Below, piece by piece: positions 47,950 to 60,868 of a stretch of DNA of 64,000 bases. The DNA comes from Pseudogymnoascus verrucosus (lineage: Eukaryota). Every line of letters begins with the position of its first letter. The stretch's first letter is position 1. The notes beneath the pieces were generated by a model, which ran no database searches, was not told the DNA's origin, and saw nothing but the letters and a program-made list of their open reading frames with translations. The translations under genes and the position numbers were made by a program. The stretch lies in the NCBI GenBank assembly GCA_001662655.1, contig KV460253.1. One strand, given 5' to 3'.

Positions 47950-49370
47950 CTAATCTTGCTCTTCAATGTGCTTCTCTATGACAACATCTTCTGTCTTAAG
48001 AGTGTCCTTTATGTCCTGTATAATCCATTCCATTGGCGTCAAGTAAGTAATCTCAGCTCCAAATGGTATATTCTCCCCATTGCCGCTATGAAGCATACTG
48101 ACAATTCTGCCCTCGATATCAATGACACATGCGCCTGAATCACCTTGGTACGAAAAATAATTTAGGCCTGGGATGTTAACAACGCAATACTCCATAGTTT
48201 GACTTCCACTCTCGGAACAACAATCAGAGCGGATTTCATTAAGGAATCCAGCCGTCCATCCGCTCGTGCATCCATGTTTAAACACATGGAGACTTTTGTA
48301 GTCTTGATGTCCTAAAGCCCTTAGTCTGTCGCGGATACGATTCAACCTTTTAGAGACAGAATTGTGGTTATAGTCACCACATTATACAGGAGACCGGGTA
48401 AGCCAAGGCTCCTGCTGTAGACCTCCCTTATTTTACTTCTCTCAACAAGTGTAAAATGCGGTGGGGGAAGCTATACCGTTAGTAATCTCCACACTAAGCT
48501 AACGGAAATAACTTACGACATTAGGTGGTAGTGTTTGAAACATTTCATCGTTGAGTTTCACTAAAGCCCAGTCTCTTTTGTGGTTCGTGAGAGGGTGCGT
48601 TGATATTCCTGGAGCATGAGCCAGGATCCCAAATGGAAGACGAACGTTCTGCATTTTCAACTTGTCCGCAATGCAACGATTGAGTTTATTTAGAGACAAT
48701 TTAGCTTCCTCGCTCATTCCCTCTAGCACGGGCGACGCTCCTTCCTGGTTAGACTTCAGCTTCTTAGCGTCGAGTTCTTCAAGAACCCATTTCTCTTCCT
48801 CTATGCCATAATCTCGGTCGGTTTCATAGTCACGTAGGTCCTTCTTCGCAGGTTGAAGGATTGTATCCGGGTCATTTCGAGGTGTTGATGCCTCCGATGA
48901 GGTGGTAACAACATGTTCACAAGTTAGGGCGTAATTAGAGCCATCAATCTTTAGGAATACGAATATTGATCCCACGGAACCCGAATTAGCGCGCCCGATG
49001 CTCGCGCCTATCTTAGGCACCGGGAAAAGCTCTAGCGGATAGTGCCTATTAGGATAACAGGATAACTAGGTTCGTCTTCGTAGCCGAGTCGGACCACATC
49101 TATTGTCTTCCATGTAATGCTTGATAGTATCTCGTGGACTCTCAACCTTAACTCGCTATCGTAAATGGTCGTGATTTTGTGATTCCCAATAGTAAATATA
49201 GCTTTCCGTTTCCATTCCTTCCATGGGCTTCCATAAGGCTCGTCTCGTGTTTCCTCAGTAAATAGCTGGAATGGATATGTTGAACTTTGTGCAACTAGTA
49301 AGCTCACGACGTCCATCCTAGCATCGATCCCGGAGTACCAGGACTCGCTCTCATCTTTTGAGGGCCTCAT
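47950..49370 (-). pseudogene. Trypsin-fold serine protease (fungal Ssy5/S64-like type), apparently frameshifted
   Basis: Triad motifs ALTCEHV, DWALV and FSYQGDSG. Frame break near 49040. A second break follows intron 48516-48471, where the 125-nt distance to the next coding frame is not a multiple of 3. Confidence 0.7.
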
Positions 49371-49909
49371 CTTGTTTTCGCTAGACTCAGATGCTAATAC
49401 GCAAGAGAGCTAGAAACAAATCAGGGGCGTCACAAATACAGCCACAGACACCGTTCTTGTTGTAGGGAGGCACAGTTCCTGAGGGACATGGGTGGCTTTA
49501 TAGGAGGAGGTTTGGGAGACTAGCCGCGGGGTCTTACGTCGAGGTGAGTCACCCCTTTTTTGTGATGGAGACGACATTCACTAGTGGCACAATGATGGTG
49601 ATTGTGATCTAGGCTAGCTAGTAGTTCGAGTATTATATTATGGCCCTACTTAGATGTTGTCGAGGGGAAAGCTAGTGATAGTGGGCTGTTAGCGCTTCAT
49701 CTTCAAAATGATTAGTCCAGAGTTAGTGGTGGGAAGTAGCTAGAGGCTAAGAAGCACTTGTAATTACTACTTAGTACAGTCTCTACAAATATCTTAGTTA
49801 TTATGAGTATTTGTCCCGTATGAAACCCACTAAAAGATCAACCATACAAAGATATGGTAAAGAGTAGGTTTAGATTAAAGAATAGCCAAATTTGCCGCTG
49901 CTCACTTAT

Positions 49910-51167
49910 CTATTCGCTTTCCCCCAACCGAATCGCCCCTGCCTTCTTCACATACTCAAACCTCCCTGCCATCCCTGGCAACCACTGACTCTCCAGGTCT
50001 TTGCCAAAAACAGTTCCCGGATACCCAACATCAAACGCTTTCGCGGCCTCGATCTCCTTAACATCCTCCTCTCCAAGCTCCACCCCCAACGCCCCTATAT
50101 TCCCCTCTAAGTGCGCCAGCGTCCGACACCCAATAATCGGGAAAATATATGGCGCCTTGACTAGCAAATATGCCAGCGCAACAGCCGCAATTGTCGTCCC
50201 CTTCCGCTGCGCAACTGTCTCCAACACCCTCGACACATTCACAGCATCCTCGCTTGGTTCGCCCCCACGACCCTCTTTGGCTTTCCCACGCATCTCCGCA
50301 AACTGCGCCTCCGTCCTGAAATTCCCTCCACCGAGCGCACCCCATGCCACAAACGCCATCCCCTCATCCTGGCACATCGGAATGATCTCACGCTCAACGT
50401 CGCGATGCTCTGCGCTCCAGCGGCCCTGGTACACGCTGAACTGACGGAAGCCATGGGCGCGGGCATAGGCATTCGCCTTGGCGACGATCCAGGCGGGGGT
50501 GTTTGAGATGCCGAGATAGAGGACTTTTCCTGAGACGACGAGGGCGTTGAGGGATTGCATGATCTCCTCGACGCCGGTGCTGAAATCCCACCAGTGTACG
50601 TATAGGATGTCAATGTATGAAGTGCGCAGGTTGCGGAGGGAGGCTGCGAAGGAGGTGTGCAAGGACTTGGCCCCGTTACCCATTCCGTTTGCGCGGATCT
50701 CGTGTGGGTGCGGGATACGGATCGCGGTGGTGTATTTGGTTGCCAGGACAAGCTGGTCGCGATTTTGACGTGAGTGCATCCAGTCCCCGATCCACTTCTC
50801 CGAATCACTGTTCTGATAGTGGTTTGCGCTGGGGTACTGTTAGTGACACAGCCATGAGAGACGAAGGACACTTACGTGTCAATGAAGTTCCCGTTGTTCT
50901 CGTAGTAGTAGTCAAGAATCTTCTCAGAAGTCTCCTTGGTGCATTCGCCCATGAAATCCTTCCTATTTTATACGGTCAGCAGCTAGTAATCTGAAGTGAT
51001 AAGAAAGTTCAATTTCATTCGTAGTATGTGAGAAGGGATGCATACCATTCCTCGCCAAAGTTCATGCCTCCGAGGCATAGTGGACTAACCCGCACTGCTG
51101 CACTTGGTGCGAGCAGTCGGTAGATTCCCAGGGAGCTCTTCAACTCTGGGGCGGTAATATCAGGCAT
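49910..51167 (-). CDS. Aldo-keto reductase (aryl-alcohol dehydrogenase / NorA-like)
   Basis: Motifs VRVSPLCLGGMNFG, GNFIDT/AN, LVLATKY, YIDILYVHWWD, GKVLYLGIS and FPIIGCRT. Two introns. Confidence 0.92.
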
Positions 51168-51433
51168 GGTGAGAGTAAATGTGCTAATAAACTGGTGTGG
51201 TGTTTCTGCAGATTGGGAGAGCTGGAGCGTGAAGGTTGTGTGGCGGGCATTCAGGTTCAACGCAACTCGGGAAGATGCTGAATTTATAGACTTTCTCTTC
51301 GTCGGGCGCTCTCCATTTATAATCCTCTGCCGCAGGCATTTGAGGCAACGCCATGATGCCTAGAAGTTAATACCTCAATGGAATCATGCTGAGATTTTCT
51401 GGAAGGGGACCATTCTCGCTGTTTGAAAGGCCT

Positions 51434-51495
51434 GCGGCCGCGTCTTGGCTTGCGGCCGCTTCATTGTCTACGGCCGCACCTTGACAAGCGGCCGC
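51434..51495. promoter_or_regulatory. Four (G)CGGCCGC palindromes at 18-bp spacing upstream of the AKR gene
   Basis: Cores at about 51434, 51452, 51470 and 51488. The regulatory role is inferred. Confidence 0.5.
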
Positions 51496-52043
51496 ATGTC
51501 AAAGTCTGAAAGAGTATAGGGCCAGCATATAGTTTACACCAGTGAAGCTAGCACAGGAGTGACGAGGACACTAGCCAATGGGATTTAGGGCCAAGATGGC
51601 TGAGGCGAGCTCCACTTACAGGTTATATAGACCTACCAGGATATTTGAACAGTTCTGTGCCCTATTTCTTGTCAGAATCACTGGGTTTTCGTGGTATTTG
51701 GACCGGTTTGTGAGGGGGGGGATGCCTTGAGGAGCTGTCAGAAAGAGATAAGCCCGGGCCAATATTAACCCGACGGAATATGGAAATGGTAGATGGATGT
51801 AACTCAAAAATCCAATTAGGCACTTCTTAGCTAGGCGAAGAGCTTCCTGGATGCGGCCGCCGGGCCCGCTGTTTCTCAACTGGCACTGAGTCTCCAGAAC
51901 AGGATAGTTGAACTTCGGGGTACAGCAACACGGTAGCCATGCGATTGCAGGGTTATCTGTAGTATAGTTGCAAAGGGCGGGCGAAGGTATTATCTGGCTA
52001 GGACTAATCACGTCTCAATCTCTTATCCTTAGGGACGAAGCAA

Positions 52044-52885
52044 TTAACCGCTGTCAGACGCGGATACTTTTCCTCGAGCCACCAACTCCTCATGCAGGAC
52101 CAACTCTGTCTCGGCTCCATTGAGCGCAATATCCACCATTGCCACCGCCAGCTCATCAGCGCCAATAATCGGCTGAATTCCCGCCGTTAGTGACCCAATA
52201 ATAGAGAGTGTGCAATTATCTTTCGGAATCACAGTTCCCACTCTCGCCAAGAATACTTCGAAGCTGTCCGGGTTCCTCTCCGCAAGATCAATCATACGGT
52301 TCTCGAGCTCGCCCTTATCTTGGTCTTAGTTCCTGTTCAGAAGCATTGTTGTGTGAGTTGTGGGGGTGAGGAGGTAAGCATACTTTGATCTGCCGGCTGT
52401 CTTTGAACATGCATAGCTTTATATTCATGTCTCTCACAGCCGACATCCCACTCACGCTGAGGAAACGGAATCTTCTACCGTCGCCTTTTTGGGTGCGGAG
52501 GTGCACGATTATTGCCGCAGCTGCCGCGAGGGGATACTCGATGTTAACTTCTCGTGCTGTCTCGACATTCGGGTATTTGCTCGCCATACCCCCGAGGGCC
52601 CTATTCGCGCATTAGTCTATCTGCCCATTGGACCGGAGATTCCATGGAACTGGAGATTGGGAAGTACCAGATGCATGCTTGAGCGTCATCGAGCTGGGCC
52701 AGGACCTCATCGGGATAGGTGAGAAAATCGTTGAGAATTATCACTTTTAGCTTTGGGGATGAGAAATGAGAAGAAAGTGGACGCCGTGAGAGGACGACGA
52801 TGGAGGTTATGGAGAGGTTATGGAGGCACTGCTGGAGTACTGCGCTCCCAATGACGCCGGTGCAGCCGGTGAGGATGATTTTCAT
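52044..52885 (-). CDS. NAD(P)-binding Rossmann protein (atypical SDR / epimerase-like)
   Basis: Motifs MKIILTGCTGVIGSAVL, VLSRRPL, ACIW, FRFLSVSG and IK/GELE. Two introns. Confidence 0.85.
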
Positions 52886-53531
52886 TGTGGTGACTTTGTG
52901 GGAGATGGGTTATGGATAAAGCCTATTGATTGATTGTTTGGGAACGAAGAAATATATACAAAAGTAATCGACTATTATTTACTGTCACCTACGACACGAA
53001 CCCTTTGTGATTGTATTACAAAGACATCCCATTATAAATGAGAGAGTTAAGATTGAGGCAAATGATGTGTGATCGGGGTGAAGAATTTAAGGTTCCCATT
53101 GTATCCCTTCGACTCGGCAAGTTCGGCGGCCATTTAGTCGCCGCTAGGGACGTTCACCACTCCGAAACATCCGCTGTTCGGTTCTCGATTCTTTCATCAG
53201 ACATCACAGAAGAGATGCCATAGAGTTAGAGAGGACTTGGCCAGAATAAGGTTCGGGGATTTTTTGCGCTGCCGTCCCTTGCATCCAACAAGCGAAGGAA
53301 GGATGCATGGTCAGATAAAGAAATGCCGAGTGACTTATTCCCTCGAAGGATCAAACCACATTTGGCTTCGGGTTACGTATGGTGGCCATTAGGGTTAGAA
53401 ACCGAGGTCTCCAATCTTCGAAACTATGTCGCAATAAAGCTTTGAACTAGCGATCTACTTAATATGACATGAGCCCTTCGCATACCACCTGGCTTCCAAG
53501 CGGCAAGAAAACACGGAAGGAACCACCAACA

Positions 53532-53624
53532 AAGTCAACACGGAGAGTACCAACTTGACCATAAGTTAACACGGGGAGTACCAACTTGACCATAAGTCAA
53601 CACGGAGAGTACCAGCTTGACCAC
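53532..53624. repeat. Three tandem 31-bp repeats just upstream of the SDR start
   Basis: AAGTCAACACGGAGAGTACCAACTTGACCAT x3 with 0-2 mismatches each. Confidence 0.92.
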
Positions 53625-53649
53625 CTTGTCCTGAGAACAGTCTTCGACG

Positions 53650-54709
53650 ATGGCATCGTTTCGCCAAATAGGCACTCAGTTCTTCCCTCCGAAGCCGACC
53701 TTCACTGAGAAGAATGTGCCCTTGCAAAGAGGCAAGGTCTTTGTTGTGACCGGGGGAAACTCGGGCGTCGGGTTTGAGCTGTGCAAGATGCTTTACGGCA
53801 CTGGAGCAACAATCTACATGGCATCGAGGTCAGAGGCGAGTCCACTGGCACTGCAACCCTTCCTATGGCCTGTCTAACTCTCACCAGGAGCGCGCCTCAC
53901 AGGCTATCAAAAGCATTACCGATGCATCTCCAGCCCCAGAAACCCCTGGGGCGATGAAATTCCTCCTCTTAGACCTCAACGATCTCTCCTCGGTCAAATC
54001 CGCCGCCGTAACATTCGCCCAAACCGAGGATAAACTCGATATCCTCTGGAACAACGCCGGCACGGGCGCGAATGTTGTCCAGCCTGGCGCGCGCACCGCA
54101 CAGGAATTTGAAGCTATGGTCGGCATGCACTGCATTGCAACACTACTATTTACGCAGCTCCTCCTCCCCCAACTCCGCGCCGCCGTCTCGGCTTCCTCAA
54201 CCACTCCCGGCTCCGTCCGCGTAGTGTGGACATCGAGTCTTTTGGTGGAGACTGGAGCGCCGCCGAATGGGATCGAGTTTGAGAATCTAACGACGGGAAC
54301 GGCGGATCGAGTGCGCAACTATACTGTGAGCAAGGCGGGGAGCTGGATGCTGGGACGCGAGATGGCTCGGAGGTGGGGAGAGATGGGCATCGTGAGCGTG
54401 ACCCAGAACCCGGGAAATCTACGCGCACACTCGTATGATGGGACACCCGCGTATAAGATGTTCTTCATCAAGCCTATGCTGTACGAGCCGCAGTTTGGGG
54501 GGTATACGGAGCTATTTGCTGGGCTGTCGCCTGAAGTGACGTTGGAGCTGAATGGGGCGTACATTATTCCCTGGGGCAGGATACGGGAAGATCAGGATTG
54601 CTCAAGGAAAGACATTGTGAAGGCTATAACGCCGAAGGAAGAGGGTGGTTTGGGGTATGACTGTCGGTTCTGGGAGTGGTGCGAGGAGCAATGGAGGCCG
54701 TTTGTGTAG
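53650..54709 (+). CDS. Short-chain dehydrogenase/reductase (retinol-dehydrogenase-like)
   Basis: Motifs VTGGNSGVG, LDLNDL, LWNNAG, VVWTSS, YTVSK, NPG and YIIPWGR. GC-AG intron 53836-53887. Confidence 0.92.
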
Positions 54710-55483
54710 ATATCCACGCTCATTGGCCAGCACCATACGTAAACCGAAGCCAAATGTAGTTGCATTCTTCGAGGGAAGGAGTCGCTTCACATTTCTTTGT
54801 CTGGGTCGTGAATCCTTCTCTCGCTGGATACACGACACTCGGCCGACGGACGAAGGTTACCCCGAGTAGGAGCTGGTTCACAGCACCATAATCAAAACGA
54901 TTCCACGTGGCCATGTGGTATTTTCAAATTTCAACATTTCACGTGCTCGGTGACTGACGATCACATACGAAATGCAGGTGTTATCATGCCTTCATGCCAT
55001 GCTTATAGAGCCCAATATCTAAAGCAGCGCCTGTGAAAGATCTTGGCAAGCCATTCAGCTTTCAGCAATCCAACAACTCATCCACACCCATGGGTCGTAT
55101 AAGCTTAATTCCGCTGAGACACGCTTTCTAGCACTAGTTTAAAAAAGATCGTATAAGCTGTTGTACTCACAAGCCAGAAAGAAAACGTGGGTATCTATTC
55201 CTACCCCGCATGTATTGGATTAAGTTTGGGATTTAGTGTTAGCAATGGCGTCTTGATGTGAATAAAACAGGCAAGCACCATCAGCACTAACTCCTCGGCC
55301 ATTATCCCATCGGTCCGTTTCGGCCAAATATTCATCTGTCTTTCTCCAGTTTCCCAGCTTCCCTGTTTCCCTGTTTGTTAAGGTTAACGCGTGTACGAAG
55401 TAAGTATCTTATATAATATACTGAGCCGGCCATGGCTGTAGCAATTTATTCCATTGGGTAGATAAATATCGATTTCTTTGGCA

Positions 55484-57346
55484 ATGACTTTATTAATAAT
55501 CACTCTTCTCATAGCAAACCTCTTTGGGGTAGCTTTGGGCCAAGGTCCTCTAACGCAAACTATCGAACTGCCAATAGACCACTTTAATACTTCTGACACG
55601 TATGTATTGATTATGAATTTTATTTCAAAGAATAGCATTATGTGGTTACAAGAAAATAATATGGAATACTGACTCTCTACAGCCGTACCTTTCTGAATCG
55701 CTTCTGGATCAATGACACCTTCTACGAGCCAGGCGGTCCCGTATTCTTCTTTGATCAAGGTGAGGCAGGCGTTGGAGATACCCAGCCCGAAACCTACTTG
55801 GGGCCACAGGGCGAATTGATTCAATTTGCGCCCTTGCTGCTCGCAGAGAAGTATAATGGCATTGCCATTATCTGGGAACACCGCTTCTACGGCTCCAGTC
55901 TTCCGTTTGAGGTCGACAACGAAACCGGGCTTGCTCTGGAGGGATATGGTGCCTATAAATATCTGACCAACGAGCAAGCCTTGGAAGATGCTGTGTACTT
56001 TGCCAGGCATTTCAGTCCCGCGGGCTATGATGAGAAGGCAGCAAAGTCTCTTAGGGCAGACAAGACGCCGTGGATCTGGCTGGGCGGCAGTACGTATCTT
56101 ACATCACCCCATTTTATTGCTGCAGTTAGGAGATTTGCCTTCCTGTCTAGAACTGTCAATTTTCGTGCTGTCATTCCCCTAACTAAGAATCTCAGGTTAT
56201 CCAGGAATCCGCGCCGCCATGATCCGCCAGCGCAACCCCGAGACCTTTTTTGCAAGCTGGTCTTCCAGCGCACCCGTACAGGCAGTTGTCGACGGAAACG
56301 CGTATTACAACACGATACAACAAACAATGAGCCCGAACTGCTCAGCCGATATGCACGCTGCCGTGACTTACGCTGATCAGATCCTAAAGTCTGGCACTGC
56401 GGACGAGATTGCTCTCTTCAAACGTGCCATCTTCCTTACTTACACAGCAAACCCTGGAAAAAATAATACCTTTAACACCTTTCCTGTCCCAGAATCCCCG
56501 GAAGATCTGACAGAATGGGCTATTGCCTCCATAATCACCCATACGCTTCAAGGTTCCCTCGTCGCCTTCCAGACATTTGGGTATGCGCGAGCCCTTCAGC
56601 CCTTCTGCAACGACTTCGAGACGTGGAATCCGGCCAATTTCACTGGCTTCACGCTCTCATCCCCCATCACCTCTCTAACTGAAAACTCCGGGGGTGGTAT
56701 TCCCACTCCCGACGGAATCGCCGCTTCCTCCTCCCCGGAACTGGCTTTCTACGCCTACCTCTATGCCACGACGCGCAAAATGGCATCCGACTACATCTTC
56801 CTCCCCAACGCCTATTTCTCCCCTTCAGACCGCATGGCCTGGACATGGCAGCTTTGCAGCGAATTCGGAGAATTTCAAACGACGCAAGCCCACTCAAGCC
56901 CAGCGACCAACATCGTCACAGAGCATTACGACGTTGATGGCACCATAGCATCATTCTGCCATGGCCCGTTCCCGTATGCACCAGCATATCCAAATGTATC
57001 TGCTGCTGTTGGCAAATATGGCAGCTGGGGGATGCGGCCGAGCAATGTCATGTTCACGAATGGTGAGCTTGATCCACTGCGGAGCATAGGCGTCCAAGCG
57101 GATAAGGGGATAAACCCCGAGGCGCTGGATAGGAAGAGCACGGAGACGGTGCCGCCATGTGGTGTGCCGCCGCCTGGGAATGATGTGTTTGGTGTTGTGT
57201 ATGAAGGCGCGGTACACGTGTCAGATCTGGCATTTGCAGCTTCAGGACCAGCGCCAGTGGAGAAAGGGAGGGCGTTGTTTGAGAGTGCGCTAGATGTTTG
57301 GTTGGATTGTTTTGGAAAAGAGAAAGATGAGTGTCATAAGCAGTAA
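55484..57346 (+). CDS. Secreted serine peptidase family S28
   Basis: Signal peptide. Motifs LPIDHF, WEHRFYGSS, YLTNEQALED, PWIWLGG/SYPG (nucleophile across an intron), SSAPV, WTWQLCSEFG, NGELDP and HVSD. Two introns. Confidence 0.92.
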
Positions 57347-57920
57347 GTAATGGGTTACATAGCTGCGTAATTTAGAGGGCGAGCTTCAATTACAGTGATC
57401 AAAGATCAGAAGCGGCTTTTCGTTGCCCAACCCAACTTGAGGCAACAGCGGGTCACAGAGGCCTATGGGAGAATAACTGCTCCTCTTGCGCCTACTTTCT
57501 CATTAGTCTGTTTTTTTTCGTTGTGTACATTTACATCTCACAAAACCTGCATCAGCATCCTTATCTGACAACAATGCCTACAGTCTCGTTTTCAATTTTG
57601 CGTCACTTGTAAGCATTGTCATACCGAAGGCAGCCTAACCTTTATCGGTGTCACATAGTCACTGTAATCATATAGATGCTATATGGTTCAAATTTGAGAT
57701 TATCATTAATCCCGAAATTCTTCGCATGATTGGGTAGAATATCAGAGTCTAATCTCCAGTCCTTGCTCCGTTGGCCTGCTGCTCGGCGCAAAATAGTAAA
57801 TCAATAAGCACTGTAAACCGAAAGAGATCAAGCAACGAGTTGGTTGAGATGTGGTCAGCCGCTGTTGTAACAATGCTGGGAAACCGGCCATTTAGAGTCC
57901 CCAATCCGTCGACGCTTCAC

Positions 57921-60005
57921 TTAGAGTTCCCATTGACCAGGTTTCGTGTGGTTATCAACAAAGTTGATGAGAGTCGTTTTAATGAACTGTCTTTTAGGAT
58001 CCAATATCAAATTATCCGCTGCGCTCCGAAGGGTCTGGGCAAGATATTGATACCTTTGAGCATCTACCCACTCTTCAGAAGAATCGGTGGGATAGTCAGA
58101 GGATCTTCCTGCCGCAATGAGATTTGCCAGAGTGTGCACACCACATGAATTCCTGGCGGTTTCTTGGGCAACTCTCCCCTGTATCATCAAATGTGGGATC
58201 ACAAATCTATCATAGTCTTGCAGGCGGAAGCGCAGCCAAGTAAGTATTATCCCCATGCCAATATTCTCGTCGTATAGTGAAGTGCTAGCCTGATGAACAT
58301 GTGAGTCTAAGAGTTCTAACGTCATCGTAGGAAGTTTGACGCCCCGGCGGACCAGTCGCACAACTACACCAACCCAGTGATCGCTCATTCCAGTATGAAC
58401 AGGGCATAGAATTGTCGTGGCCTCGGGATGAATTGCCATTGCCTTGTTGATCATAAATGTTCTGTTGTCATGGCAGCTTCCGTATTGAGATGCGCGGACG
58501 TAGATGACATTCGTGGGGAGATCTGTAGTCGCGAGTACACTGGCAACAACTCTTTCATTGAGCCGGTAGGTAGGTTTAAAAGCTCTGAAATCGCTGGCAA
58601 CACTAAACCCCTTCAAATCACTAGTAGCGTTGAAGGTGAATTGGGTTCCTAGCCTTCCTACTGTAGGGCTTGGTAGACCTCGTAGGTCCCATAAATGCAT
58701 GAAGCTGGTAAGAACATCGTACATACTAAGTGGACTAAAATCCTCGTCCGGTGAGACTCCACTATACCTGAATCTGTGGAGGTAGCCACAAGCCACATGA
58801 GGTTGTATCGTTCCCGTTACCCATCCATCAACCCAGACAGACATATGATTGATGAGATTTTGTATAGACGGGAATCGGTCTGTGCCTTTTATGAACTGGA
58901 TCATCCCGGACACGAACACCAAGGGCTGCTCGTGCAAAGCCAACTTTGTCACTCTTTGTGCCTTCGAAAATGGCCAGATTAGCAGGGCAGCAGGCGTCCC
59001 CATCTCTTCGACGAAACTTTGGATAGCATTACTGTTCTGGTACAGCTTATTAATTGGCGCCATCGCTGTAGTCTATATATTATTAGCGGGTGGTTGATAC
59101 TCGAGATGGAATGTACACACGTAGGCTTGCTGATTAGTCTCCCTCCATATCAACAGATCTTGCCTGTTCAGCCCCGCGTTCGCAGAAGCAAAGTCTAACT
59201 TGATATCTTCAATAATGCGGGTCCTGCAGGTCTCACAACTGCTAGGAAGTATAGGGAGGCGGCGAGATATCTCAGTTGCAAAATACCGACTTATTTCCAA
59301 AAGCCCAAATGCCTCTGTAATAATCTTGGACCCCAAATTACGACCAAAATCATGCTTTATCTTTAGCAGCAGTCTGTAAATGTCCGGGGAGATGGCAGTA
59401 TCTCGAATCTGTTCGTTCGTATCCACTATCCTTGGACTGGAAAATATGGAGAGGACGGTCTCTGGACGGTGAATGGTAGTTCCGTAATCAAACAAACCCA
59501 CTAGCTGAGAACCCCATTCCATATATTTCTGCGATGTCTGATCCTTACCAAAAGCCTCTTTGCTGAGCGTGCTATTTGCAGCTCTGAAAATATTTTCCAA
59601 GCGGATAATGTCCGGATTGCGAACATCTGTCGTCGTTGTCGGGAGAGGCTGTTCCACCAACGATTCGGCTGCATGTTGAAATGTACCCAAAGGGACATCT
59701 TGGTTTTCAATGGTATCGGACCGGCTCGAATGCTCTGGAGAGTGAACAGGAATTACCTCCTCCATCGGTTCATCCTCAAAACGGTCTCCAAGTCTCCCTG
59801 GGGTAGACGAAACGGGTGTGTAAACCGGAGACGTAGGAATTGGCTGTATGGATTGGCCAACTTGCGCACGCAATAAATCCCTCCGACGGCGATGTCTATC
59901 GTGTTCACGGTTGTGGGTCTGATTCTCAGAGAGTACGTTTTGTCTTTCTCTGGTGGATGCCCGGTTACAACTTCTCCGGAGTTGGTTGGAATTGGATTCC
60001 TCCAT
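57921..60005 (-). CDS. Protein with C-terminal Ulp1/C48-like cysteine protease domain
   Basis: ILCPVH..SDHWVGVV, LELLDS and Q....NSCGVH give the His-Asp-(Gln)-Cys order. ORFs 60005-59073 and 59063-57921 are probably joined by a short intron near 59.1 kb. Confidence 0.65.
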
Positions 60006-60264
60006 CTTGTATTTGAGGACGAATGCAACTTGGAGTTGAAGTGAGGTTGATGTGGTTATCGGAAAATAGTTGGCAGTTGTGATCTGGCAGATATGTTAGA
60101 TACTGCTGTAAACATGCTGTAATTGCGGAAATAGCAGATGAGCTTACAGTGGCTTATATTGATGAGATCGGAGATATTGCTGTATCAACAGGATATGCAC
60201 CTTACAATAGATGCAAGCACGTTAATGGTGCAGTTCCCAGATGGTGAAGTAATAAGGTTGTTGT

Positions 60265-60513
60265 AGGAAGAAGGTTATTGAAGAAAGAAACCTGCCGGAG
60301 GAAGGCTATATAGAGAAGTGTCTTGCGAAGGAAGAAGGTTGTGAAGGAGGAAGGTTGTGAAGGAGGAAGTTTGTGAGGGAGGAAGGTTGTGAAGGAGGAA
60401 GTTTGTGAAGGAAGCAGGCTGTTGAAGGTGAAGCCTGTGAAGATGAAAGTTGTGAACATGAAAGCTGTGAAGGTAAAGGTTATGAAGGAAGGTTATTAAA
60501 GGATGAAGGCTGT
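60265..60513. repeat. Purine-rich minisatellite, 15-16-bp unit GAAGGAGGAAGGTTGT
   Basis: More than 10 degenerate copies, best conserved at ~60327-60410. Confidence 0.85.
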
Positions 60514-60868
60514 CGATGTAAGGAGAAAAATGCGATAGGAAAGATGCAATACTGAGGAAGGACATCGAGCCAGCTCCACTTACACCTCACCCAACATCAA
60601 AGCTTACTTATATAATGTCGTCGCCCAAGAGCATGGCCAGAGAGGACTGAGCAAGATACGATATCTGTCAGCTATATATTGTAGATTGCAAGAAGAACAT
60701 AGAGGATCTAGATTTTCGCAACGAAGTACTGGGTATTTATATTTCCGATTATTAGAAAAAAACCACAAATATTCCCCGTAAATTTAAAAAATCCTATACT
60801 CACCCCCTCGTCGTTACTTCTCTTTGCTATATCCTACCCCGCCGTCGTCGTCGATGAGAACAGCATTC

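Noticed and set aside
49550..49810. TAG/CTAG-rich tract suggesting a RIP relic
   Set aside because: Too short, and no termini or coding remnant to assign an element.
60202..60565. Phe/Leu/His-rich ORFs
   Set aside because: Translations of the minisatellite.
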